Shown: in pieces, positions 26,101 to 32,000 of the stretch
How the letters are laid out: each line of letters begins with the position of its first letter
Position numbering within the stretch: position 1 is the stretch's first letter
Notes under the pieces: model-generated
The model's database searches: none
What the model saw: only the letters and a program-made list of their open reading frames with translations
What the model was told of the DNA's origin: nothing
NCBI GenBank assembly: GCA_964640155.1
Contig: CAZXEQ010000002.1
Location: 30,001-62,000, forward strand
Length of the DNA: 32,000 bases
From: an uncultured bacterium
GTDB lineage: Bacteria > Auribacterota > JACPWU01
Direction: 5' to 3'
Translations under genes and position numbers: made by a program

Positions 26101-27304
26101 TTGCATAAAGCTCCCCTTTCCAAAAAGGATAAGAATTACAACCCACGAGAAGAGCTAACATACATCCCAAAAATTTACTTGTGTAATTAGGTTTAGAAAT
26201 TACTCCTCCTTTTCGTCTATGAACAAGACTTTCTATTGCATAAGCAATAAGGACCGAATACCCTAAAGAAGAAATAATTATAAACCGGCTTGGATCTCGT
26301 ATAACAATAGTAAAAGGGATAAGATAGTAAATCTTCTGGAGAGAATAAAATCCATACGGAATAAACGTAAGAACAACAAGAAACAATATGATCTTATTCT
26401 TTTTTTTCAGTAATAAACTCAGATAGGAAAGGAAAGCTGGTATGAACGTTAAAAAAAGTAACGAAGGAGGAAAAGTTGTTTCATATTGAAAATTAAAAAG
26501 ACTCCCCCACAATCTCAAAATATTCAGAAAACTTAATCTCTGCCCTAACGGTACATCCGTACCAGAAGCTGTCTGACTGATCATGCCACTTGAGTGAGCT
26601 AATAGAGGAGCAATCCATGATCCATTCATAAGAAAAAAAATAGAAAATACAATAATAAACGCCTTTATAGCCGCTACAAATTCTTTCAAAGAACTAACTA
26701 TAAAAAGAGATAATAAGAAAAAAACAATTGCATACCAAACAACAGCTTGTGAAGCCAAACAAAATCCAAAAAAATATATGATCCCTGCAAGCACTGCATA
26801 GCTTTTTCTGTCTTCTCTGATCGCCTTTGAAAATAATATTAAAGCAAAAGGCAACAAAGCTCCCGACAGAAGAACAAAAGCCCATCCCATGATTGTATAA
26901 TTAAAAAAAAGTGGTGTTGTAATGAAGTAGAAACCACCCAGCAAAGAGGGGAAAATCCTTATCTGAAGAAATCTGCACCAAAAATAAACTGCAAATCCAG
27001 AAAAAGTAGGGACAAATAACAATAAAAACTTTGTAACAATCTCTCCCTCAATATGTAACTTTGCAAGAAAACCAAAAAAGAGATGAATTGGAAGCATGAT
27101 GTAAGATTGAGCAACCCCTAACAAGCTACCAACATTTGTCCAAAGGTATAAGCCATTTTCAGCCCAAACCTCTGTTTGCTTTATTGTAATAGGGAATAGC
27201 CAATCCCCTCCCAGAACAACACCAGAAGAGACAAGAATTCTACGGCAGAAAAAAGCAGAGAATATAAGAAACAAAACAAGAACAGGAGCTTCTCTCAGTT
27301 TCAT
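23132..27304 (-). CDS. Giant polytopic membrane protein with AftD/YfhO-like (GT-C) architecture
   Basis: 1390 aa with ATG at 27304. The N-terminal ~400 aa are polytopic, with an early GGDWLFP...LYLWTNVGSLLG loop. A ~950-aa Lys-rich soluble region follows, ending in the pattern FSESFHPDWKAYI...HIVVNGFANGWWVNV...IVIEFTLQRWFELG. A single C-terminal TM helix (VMVSSITFITALGCLGYCFL) closes the protein. That terminal pattern is what I associate with YfhO/DUF3367 (AftD-type) proteins. Confidence 0.6.
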   Translation of the reverse strand: MKLREAPVLVLFLIFSAFFCRRILVSSGVVLGGDWLFPITIKQTEVWAENGLYLWTNVGSLLGVAQSYIMLPIHLFFGFLAKLHIEGEIVTKFLLLFVPTFSGFAVYFWCRFLQIRIFPSLLGGFYFITTPLFFNYTIMGWAFVLLSGALLPFALILFSKAIREDRKSYAVLAGIIYFFGFCLASQAVVWYAIVFFLLSLFIVSSLKEFVAAIKAFIIVFSIFFLMNGSWIAPLLAHSSGMISQTASGTDVPLGQRLSFLNILRLWGSLFNFQYETTFPPSLLFLTFIPAFLSYLSLLLKKKNKIILFLVVLTFIPYGFYSLQKIYYLIPFTIVIRDPSRFIIISSLGYSVLIAYAIESLVHRRKGGVISKPNYTSKFLGCMLALLVGCNSYPFWKGELYATPKEGMDIRLRTHKFPGEYLYVEKMLKGSEMFKALYLPAGGFVGLLNGKKFCGAFHEFADTFSGFSLVPGTVGNKADRRNLGSLKVFDELLEQEMNLTVEGRPPSLFNLANIKYIIARLNMYSSNVFPSVKRIVHGLKSVPYLTKLYGGKHIVFFKNQHVLPKIYAASGASIISGEMRSLLPLAEASYLGNQPAFIFMEQNKHRIEELLANSADLDLKQSPILLVNKNLENFVLDYLKNGAVDLFVQKKTKDFKIHRKDDVFLIKLKRGMKTEFDIKISCEYEIWNLQKYNKVPIQIDGLALRKGKSNNKLRDEWIKRANIRLESGKHEVKIQDVQKKIFRCIKAQRECEFLLIPKQKIKKVRERFKNYFYVFLIYPSKNDNAEVLNKEIKKIFLFAQDVEYQFKGCFSLKEPFVRMKRNFFNVILNPVLKNQGFLRQNEKVSKGVDYEAIGCKFLKIWENDVLKLKAYFDSYADEFIKINYHVQSQKNIESKVAFKRRERIDLKKYPFLALTYKLQDPSVQTIQVVFRVQIENDKQEYLLIPRTSYPKKTSDQKETFFVNLLRKVQDEFPGRKHYYLTGVQILPHKIWGVDCSKKKKGWYLFELYGLKMIHRLPLQVKYDLSLKRDSESGWCYLKDGIFYFVSKLENIPLDERFCFKVRKKPYLDIRKKENVNLILTNYESDRVKASFGFRKGGDDNQFVEIVRDLPTIPIDNKRKMVHINLKEILKEVDNKEQFQRWYTIKFSKPGEKKAVFIYELCSNQFAEYKRIKLEFNEKDKNIDLFRLKGVSTRVNPSQIKRVSKNRFEFDFWTPFSMNNHHSLEFLRSKKFQWNWLMLLPKVEKQYSSSRPILNFEKLNLTRYVVNVKNAHGPFWMVFSESFHPDWKAYIRMDNPQESFPNKGESWSALLNFWRDHDQKIEIPCHIVVNGFANGWWVNVKPEFQGKDFQIVIEFTLQRWFELGVMVSSITFITALGCLGYCFLRLKRREVS

Positions 27305-27328
27305 AAATACTATTTTGTCCTAGTTAGA

Positions 27329-28288
27329 TTAGAGACGCTGCTTACCTGTTAAGAAACCCTTCAAGTAAAAAAATGAATACCTAAATAGAATATAGATATT
27401 AACAAAAGGGAGAATTAAAACTCTTGGATTTTTTCGATCCAAAATAAACATATTTTTTGTGATAAAAATAGAATAAATAAGAACAAGAGGAACAAAAAAA
27501 AGCCTTAGAGAGCGAATCAGCAATCCTAATACAAGAACAAATCGTGCATTTATAAAAATCAAGTCTTTAAGAGGAACCTCTTTAAAATTCTTTCTTAGAC
27601 AAGCACCCCCTGCTTCAGCATATTGACTTTCTTTATAAATGTATCTTTTAACTCCAAAATTCTTCCCACTGTACAAAAGATGTTCTACGATCGTATTGAC
27701 GCTAACAATGGAGCCCTCCTTTTGTAATCGAATATATAAGTCTCCGTCTTCTCCTGCTGTACGAAAAGTCTTCTCATCAAATAAGCCAATATTAAGCAAT
27801 GCCAATCTTTTAAAACAATTAAACATTCCATTACGGCCTGGACACAATTTATTTAAATGGCGAGATAAAAAACTTTTTTCCCAAAAACTATATGATTCAT
27901 TCTCTGTCAAACACCATTTCACATGAGAGTACGTGCCTACAACATCTTTAGACTCTTTGAATGGCTTAACAAGCTTTTCAATGCCATCTTCATCACAAAT
28001 AACAATGTCAGAATGGAGCGTAATAATAAGATCTGTTTGAGCCAATCGAATACATTCATTGTACGAAAAAGAAAGACCCAAATCTTTTTCATGATAAATA
28101 TTAACCACAGAATGGCGAGAGTTTTGTTTATATTCTTCCATGATAGAATGAGAAGAATCTTTTGATTGATTATCTACCAAAAAAACTTGAGAAATGGGAT
28201 AGTTTTGTTTCTCAAGATTACTCAGCGTTTTCCGCAATGTTTTTTCGGAGTTATAAACAGGAATAATAACAGTTACATCGTAAGGCAT
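27329..28288 (-). CDS. GT2 (GT-A fold) glycosyltransferase with C-terminal transmembrane helices
   Basis: 319 aa. The N-terminus VTVIIPVYNSEKTLRKTL..NYP...VFLVDNQSKDSS is canonical GT2. The C-terminal ~80 aa are hydrophobic (FVLVLGLLIRSLRLFFVPLVLIYSIF; ILPFVNIYILFRYSFFYL). Confidence 0.8.
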   Translation of the reverse strand: MPYDVTVIIPVYNSEKTLRKTLSNLEKQNYPISQVFLVDNQSKDSSHSIMEEYKQNSRHSVVNIYHEKDLGLSFSYNECIRLAQTDLIITLHSDIVICDEDGIEKLVKPFKESKDVVGTYSHVKWCLTENESYSFWEKSFLSRHLNKLCPGRNGMFNCFKRLALLNIGLFDEKTFRTAGEDGDLYIRLQKEGSIVSVNTIVEHLLYSGKNFGVKRYIYKESQYAEAGGACLRKNFKEVPLKDLIFINARFVLVLGLLIRSLRLFFVPLVLIYSIFITKNMFILDRKNPRVLILPFVNIYILFRYSFFYLKGFLTGKQRL

Positions 28289-28297
28289 TTTTACATG

Positions 28298-29938
28298 TCA
28301 ACTTTTTTCAAAAAATTTATGAAAACATTCTAAAATGTAAGAAATCTCATTTTCGGAGAGACCAGGATAAACCCCTACCCAAAAAGTATTATTCATAACA
28401 AAATCAGTATTCTCAAGATTTCCATAAATGCGATAGTTTACATTATCAAAGCAAGGCTGTTTAATAAGATTACCTGCAAAAAGCATTCTTGTTGAGATCT
28501 TATTATTTTCTAAATATTGAACAATTTCATTTTTTGTAAAGCCTGCCTCTTGACGCACTGTTAACAAAAATCCAAACCAACTTGGATCAGCTCCTAATTC
28601 TATTTGGGGCAAAATAAAATACTTTTCATATTTTCTTAATCCATCATATAAAAGCTTAAAATTTCTTTTTCGTGAATTAATAAAAGAAGGCAGTTTTTTA
28701 AGTTGTTCAAGTCCGACAGCTGCCTGCATATCTGTCGCTTTCAGATTATAACCTATATGAGAATAAATATATTTGTGATCATACCCCTTCGGAAGCTCTC
28801 CTAATTTCCAACCAAAGCGATTATTACAAGTATTCGCATGTCCCGGTTCACACCAGCAATCACGTCCCCAATCTCGAAATGATTCTATTAATTGCTTTAA
28901 ACGCGTGTCGTTGGTGATAACAGCTCCACCTTCTCCCATCGTAATATGATGCGCAGGGTAAAAACTGAACGTAGCAATATCCCCAAAAGTCCCAGTATAT
29001 TTTCCATTATATTGGGAACCTAAAGCATCACAATTATCTTCGATCACCCATAGCTTATACTTTTGAGCAATAGACATTATTTGGTCTAAATTAAATGGAT
29101 TCCCTAATGTATGTGCTAAAAAAATGGCTTTCGTTTTTCCAGACAAGGCTTTTTCAATTTTGTCTGCTTGTATATTGTAAGTTCCCAGATTTACGTCTAG
29201 AAAAACAGGCACAAGACTATTTTGAAGAATGGGACTCACTGTTGCAGGAAAAGCACACGCAACTGCAATCACTTCATCCCCAGGCTTCAGCCTTCTTTCT
29301 CCTAGCTTGGGAGATGTTAAAGCTGACAAGGCCAAAAGATTTGCTGATGATCCAGAATTGGTTAAAAGACAGTGGCGAATTCCTAAGAATTTAGCAAATG
29401 TTTTTTCAAATTCTTTGGCAAACCGCCCGGTCGTTAACCAAAAGTCAAACGCTGTATCTACAAGCCTTTTCATTTCTTCTGCATCATACACACGCCCAGA
29501 ACAAGGCAAAACTGTTTTCCCCAGAACAATTTCTTTGCTCTTGTGATGAACAATAGCATGATGTTTCTCAACAATACGAAAAGCCATTTTTCTTAGGATT
29601 TCATCTATCTTAGGAATATCCAATCGACCTCGTCTTTGAAGAGGAAGGTCTGAGTGTAAAATATCGATTTTATCTTTTACGATAAGACATTCATCTAAAA
29701 GATTTCCTTCAGATAAATCTTCTTTCTTTATCTTAATTCCTTCTTGTTCAGAGGATTGATATGAGTCTATTCTTAAAATTTGAAGAGCGTCTTCATCCAC
29801 CTCATAGACCATTCCTAATCTGTTCATCTTAAGGTCGATTGAAGAAGGAAAAGAATAGGCTACAACATCTCCTATTTGAAGATCGATAAATGAACTCACA
29901 GTTTTCTCTTTATTTTTTGAAACAAGATTCTTGCTCAT
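28298..29938 (-). CDS. rfbH: CDP-6-deoxy-D-xylo-4-hexulose 3-dehydrase (E1; RfbH/DdhC/AscC type) with a ~105-aa N-terminal extension
   Basis: 546 aa. Residues ~111-546 are collinear with RfbH as I remember it: [77 protein letters not shown]. The PLP lysine is replaced by His ([14 protein letters not shown]). Cys303, 361, 363 and 371 give exactly C-X57-C-X1-C-X7-C, the E1 [2Fe-2S] motif. The ATG at 29938 overlaps rfbG by 29 nt. Confidence 0.85.
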   Translation of the reverse strand: MSKNLVSKNKEKTVSSFIDLQIGDVVAYSFPSSIDLKMNRLGMVYEVDEDALQILRIDSYQSSEQEGIKIKKEDLSEGNLLDECLIVKDKIDILHSDLPLQRRGRLDIPKIDEILRKMAFRIVEKHHAIVHHKSKEIVLGKTVLPCSGRVYDAEEMKRLVDTAFDFWLTTGRFAKEFEKTFAKFLGIRHCLLTNSGSSANLLALSALTSPKLGERRLKPGDEVIAVACAFPATVSPILQNSLVPVFLDVNLGTYNIQADKIEKALSGKTKAIFLAHTLGNPFNLDQIMSIAQKYKLWVIEDNCDALGSQYNGKYTGTFGDIATFSFYPAHHITMGEGGAVITNDTRLKQLIESFRDWGRDCWCEPGHANTCNNRFGWKLGELPKGYDHKYIYSHIGYNLKATDMQAAVGLEQLKKLPSFINSRKRNFKLLYDGLRKYEKYFILPQIELGADPSWFGFLLTVRQEAGFTKNEIVQYLENNKISTRMLFAGNLIKQPCFDNVNYRIYGNLENTDFVMNNTFWVGVYPGLSENEISYILECFHKFFEKS

Positions 29939-31031
29939 TATTTTTTAGACCATATTTTTTAAAATCATGGATAAGAAGTTGAGATAAATCTGCAGAATTT
30001 GCCCCTTCATAAAAAGCTTTATACCAGGAAATCGTTTTTTTAATTGAATCTGTAAAATTATACTGAGATTTCCAATGAAGAACTTTTTGAGACTTCGTTG
30101 TATCAAGTTTTAATAAATGCGCTTCGTGGGGATGTTTAACTCCATCTATTTTATACTTTCCACTCCCCCAAGTTTGAATGGCTAATTTCACTAATTCCTC
30201 CACTGAGGCATGACTCTGACTTCCATCATTTGGACCAAAGTTCCATGCATCCCCATATTGAAGGCCATCTTGATACATCAAAGAACCCAACAAGAGATAT
30301 CCTCCCAAAGGGTCCATGACATATTGCCAAGGACGAATGGCTGAAGGATGGCGAATCACAAGGGTTTCGTTCTTTGACAAGGCTCTCACACAATCAGGGA
30401 TAATTCTATCTTTACTCCAGTCCCCTCCTCCAATAATATTGCCCGAACGAACAGAAGCTAAGACAACGTCGTGCTTCTTACGATAATCTTCCGGATTAAA
30501 AAAAGAGCTGCGATAAGCACTTGTTACAATTTCTGCACATCCCTTACTAGAACTGTAAGGATCATACCCTCCCATGGGGTCTGTCTCTTTATATCCTTGA
30601 AGCCATTCTTTATTTTCATAACATTTGTCACTTGTTACAATACAACAAACTTTCACACAAGGCGTTTTCCTAACGGCTTCTAAAACATTGACTGTTCCCA
30701 TCACATTTGTTTCATAGGTCATTTTAGGATGATCATAGGAAAAACGAACCAAAGATTGGGCAGCTAAATGAAAAACAAATTCTGGCTGAAATTCATTAAA
30801 GATTTTTATCAATCGTTCTTCGTCTCGAATATCAGCTTCTTCGTGGCGTATCCTGTTCTTAAGATCAATCGCCTGAAATAAATTTGGATCTGTTGATGGC
30901 CCCAAAGCATATCCTAAAACTTGTGCCCCTAATTCACTCAACCATAAGGAAAGCCAACTTCCCTTAAAACCCGTATGTCCAGTAACTAAAACTTTCTTAT
31001 TCTTATAAATAGACCCCAAGGACTCACCCAT
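29910..31031 (-). CDS. rfbG: CDP-glucose 4,6-dehydratase
   Basis: 373 aa. The N-terminus [32 protein letters not shown] is characteristic of RfbG/DdhB. The catalytic YxxxK is present (YSSSKGCAE). The ATG at 31031 overlaps the upstream stop by 8 nt. Confidence 0.9.
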   Translation of the reverse strand: MGESLGSIYKNKKVLVTGHTGFKGSWLSLWLSELGAQVLGYALGPSTDPNLFQAIDLKNRIRHEEADIRDEERLIKIFNEFQPEFVFHLAAQSLVRFSYDHPKMTYETNVMGTVNVLEAVRKTPCVKVCCIVTSDKCYENKEWLQGYKETDPMGGYDPYSSSKGCAEIVTSAYRSSFFNPEDYRKKHDVVLASVRSGNIIGGGDWSKDRIIPDCVRALSKNETLVIRHPSAIRPWQYVMDPLGGYLLLGSLMYQDGLQYGDAWNFGPNDGSQSHASVEELVKLAIQTWGSGKYKIDGVKHPHEAHLLKLDTTKSQKVLHWKSQYNFTDSIKKTISWYKAFYEGANSADLSQLLIHDFKKYGLKNNEQESCFKK

Positions 31032-31482
31032 GTTTTAAACTCCAATCATACGGAATCTCTTTGGTGAAAGGATCCTTCCTTGTAATTTCATGAGGATCAT
31101 GCGGAATAGTCGAACAATTAGCAACAATAGCTGGATTTACTCCAATATTTTTAAAACCATTCCAAATTCCAGGAGGGATTTTAACCAGGCTATAATTCTC
31201 CTCACCAATAAAAAGTTCTATAAGATTTCCTTGAGTCTTAGAATCCTTTCTATCATCGTAGAGCGCTAATTTTATCATTCCTTGAACCACTGCATAATTG
31301 AGAGTCATTTTCTGATGCAAATGCCATCCTTTGATCACTTCAGGATAAGCCACTGAGAAATAAATCTCTCCAAATTTCTCAAAGAGAGAATCATCGCATC
31401 TGAGCATATGATAGATACTGCCCCTCTCATCCGGAATTTTTCTCAAAGGTTTTACCACAACCCCTTCAATGCTATTGTTCAC
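31024..31482 (-). CDS. RmlC-like cupin, short sugar-nucleotide 3,5- (or 5-) epimerase family
   Basis: 152 aa with GTG start 31482-31480. Motifs: PLRKIPDERGS, IKGWHLHQKMT, KIPPGIWNGFKNIG. These match the small dTDP-4-dehydrorhamnose-3,5-epimerase-related cupins. It overlaps the upstream gene by 11 nt. Confidence 0.75.
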   Translation of the reverse strand: MNNSIEGVVVKPLRKIPDERGSIYHMLRCDDSLFEKFGEIYFSVAYPEVIKGWHLHQKMTLNYAVVQGMIKLALYDDRKDSKTQGNLIELFIGEENYSLVKIPPGIWNGFKNIGVNPAIVANCSTIPHDPHEITRKDPFTKEIPYDWSLKHG

Positions 31483-32000
31483 ATTTCCCTCCTGCCTTTG
31501 CTAAATATTCTTTGAACCATGTAATGGTAAGATTCAATCCATTTTCTAGAATTTTAACTTCTGGTTCCCATCCTAAAACCTTTTTGGTTTTACTGATATC
31601 TGCACAAGCAAAACCAACTTCATTCTTTCTACTGGAAATAGCACCCCACAAAGGATTCAATTTACTATCCAAAATTTCTTTTATTCTCTCCACTACTTTT
31701 CTAATAGTAACCACCTGTCCTGTGCCTATGTTAAAAATCTCATGACCATTTAATATAGGAGACAAAGATAAAGCTTTCATATAAGCATTAACAATATCTC
31801 CAACATAAACAAAATCCCATTCTTGAGTGCCTAATGTCATTTTGGGTGCTTTTTCATCTAAAAAAGACTGAATAACATATGGAATCAGTCGTCTCTTATG
31901 ATCCTCAGGTCCATAAGGAGGGAAAAGGCGAAACGTCATGATATTCAACCCATACTTCTGAGCATAAAAACTGCAAGCCTCCTCAGCACTGCATTTACTG
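31472..32000 (-). CDS. NAD-dependent epimerase/reductase (extended SDR), C-terminal part; the start lies beyond the right edge
   Basis: The track ORF begins at an internal TTG (31948), but the frame stays open to position 32000: ...SKCSAEEACSFYAQKYGLNIMTFRLFPPYGP. That is the SK of the SDR YxxxK motif followed by the canonical R.F..YGP segment. The C-terminus (NIGTG..VTI, KTKKVLGWEP) is typical of NDP-sugar epimerases/reductases. Confidence 0.75.
   Translation of the reverse strand, partial: SKCSAEEACSFYAQKYGLNIMTFRLFPPYGPEDHKRRLIPYVIQSFLDEKAPKMTLGTQEWDFVYVGDIVNAYMKALSLSPILNGHEIFNIGTGQVVTIRKVVERIKEILDSKLNPLWGAISSRKNEVGFACADISKTKKVLGWEPEVKILENGLNLTITWFKEYLAKAGGKCEQ

Noticed and set aside
12810-26885. 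Minus-strand nested ORFs in alternative frames: 12810..13007, 13679..13873, 20882..21112, 22902..23093, 26694..26885
   Set aside because: All are entirely contained within much longer same-strand CDS in another frame. They are 63-76 aa with Cys/Ser/Phe-rich nonsense-like composition. Nothing supports overlapping genes.
3868-26910. A/T homopolymer tracts of 8-9 nt inside surface-glycan genes as phase-variation switches (for example 3868-3876, 11774-11782, 20884-20892, 26400-26407), and a C7 tract at 22214-22220
   Set aside because: Such A/T runs are numerous and scattered through nearly every gene here, encoding Lys/Phe runs typical of an AT-rich genome. None is exceptionally long. The single C7/G7 tract sits about 13 codons from the end of the methyltransferase, so slippage would have little effect.
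29609-29938. Resemblance of the E1 N-terminal extension (IGDVVAYSF...LGMVYEV...LQILRI) to MazF/PemK-type toxin or SH3-like folds
   Set aside because: The resemblance rests on a few hydrophobic/Gly-Asp positions. There is no antitoxin partner or other TA context. The similarity is too weak to call without a profile or structure search.
1928-31745. All plus-strand track ORFs: 1928..2320, 2187..2498, 4822..5004, 10289..10489, 11166..11375, 13659..13991, 16389..16658, 17660..18061, 18329..18550, 18600..18782, 21167..21415, 22195..22428, 22585..22824, 24256..24459, 25671..25937, 27639..27926, 27923..28165, 29095..29394, 29229..29546, 30471..30683, 31512..31745
   Set aside because: Except 4822..5004, which is largely intergenic and overlaps only the 3' end of the SDR gene, each lies fully or mostly antisense to a long minus-strand CDS that has clear family motifs. 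They are short (60-133 aa), low-complexity (Ser/Phe/Lys/Leu-rich), lack recognisable motifs, and are the usual shadow frames of AT-rich coding DNA.
1-32000. Mobile element, genomic island, CRISPR array or RNA genes
   Set aside because: I recognised no transposase, integrase or recombinase ORF, no terminal inverted or direct repeats, no repeat-spacer periodicity, and no tRNA-like or rRNA-like sequence in the spacers. Composition looks uniform across the window, so horizontal acquisition cannot be argued from this sequence alone.

Overview
AT-rich 32-kb window (about one-third G+C by eye, not computed). All 23 credible CDS lie on the minus strand, and two of them are cut by the window edges. 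Most are joined by 4-29 nt start/stop overlaps or gaps under 45 nt. Only three long spacers break the array: 4616-4944, 13430-13619 and 15624-15829.

In the direction of transcription (right to left) there are three blocks:
(i) A CDP-3,6-dideoxyhexose-type nucleotide-sugar block: partial SDR, RmlC-like cupin epimerase, rfbG CDP-glucose 4,6-dehydratase, and an rfbH/E1-type 3-dehydrase with an intact C-X57-C-X-C-X7-C Fe-S motif and His in place of the PLP lysine.
(ii) About 23 kb of envelope-glycan genes. Five large polytopic membrane proteins dominate (1390, 683, 556, 667 and 1008 aa). At least the 667-, 683-, 1008- and 1390-aa ones look GT-C/YfhO/AftD-like, and two carry lectin-like C-terminal ectodomains. 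Interleaved with them are two GT2 enzymes (one of polyprenyl-phosphate-sugar-synthase type), a DegT-type aminotransferase, a GT4, three SAM methyltransferases, a GlpD-like flavoenzyme, an SDR and a small orphan membrane protein.
(iii) After a 329-bp spacer holding a perfect 14-bp palindrome, a VTC-domain / LamG-CotH / DUF4956 / second LamG-paralog module.

I saw no rRNA, tRNA, CRISPR array, transposase, integrase or obvious pseudogene. No Wzx, Wzy, Wzz, ABC-transporter or initiating phosphoglycosyltransferase gene is recognisable in the window.

The two most interesting candidates are the multi-GT-C, lipid-carrier-fed extracytoplasmic glycosylation system and the uncharacterised VTC/DUF4956/CotH module. 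All family assignments come from motif recognition by eye and need HMM or structure confirmation.
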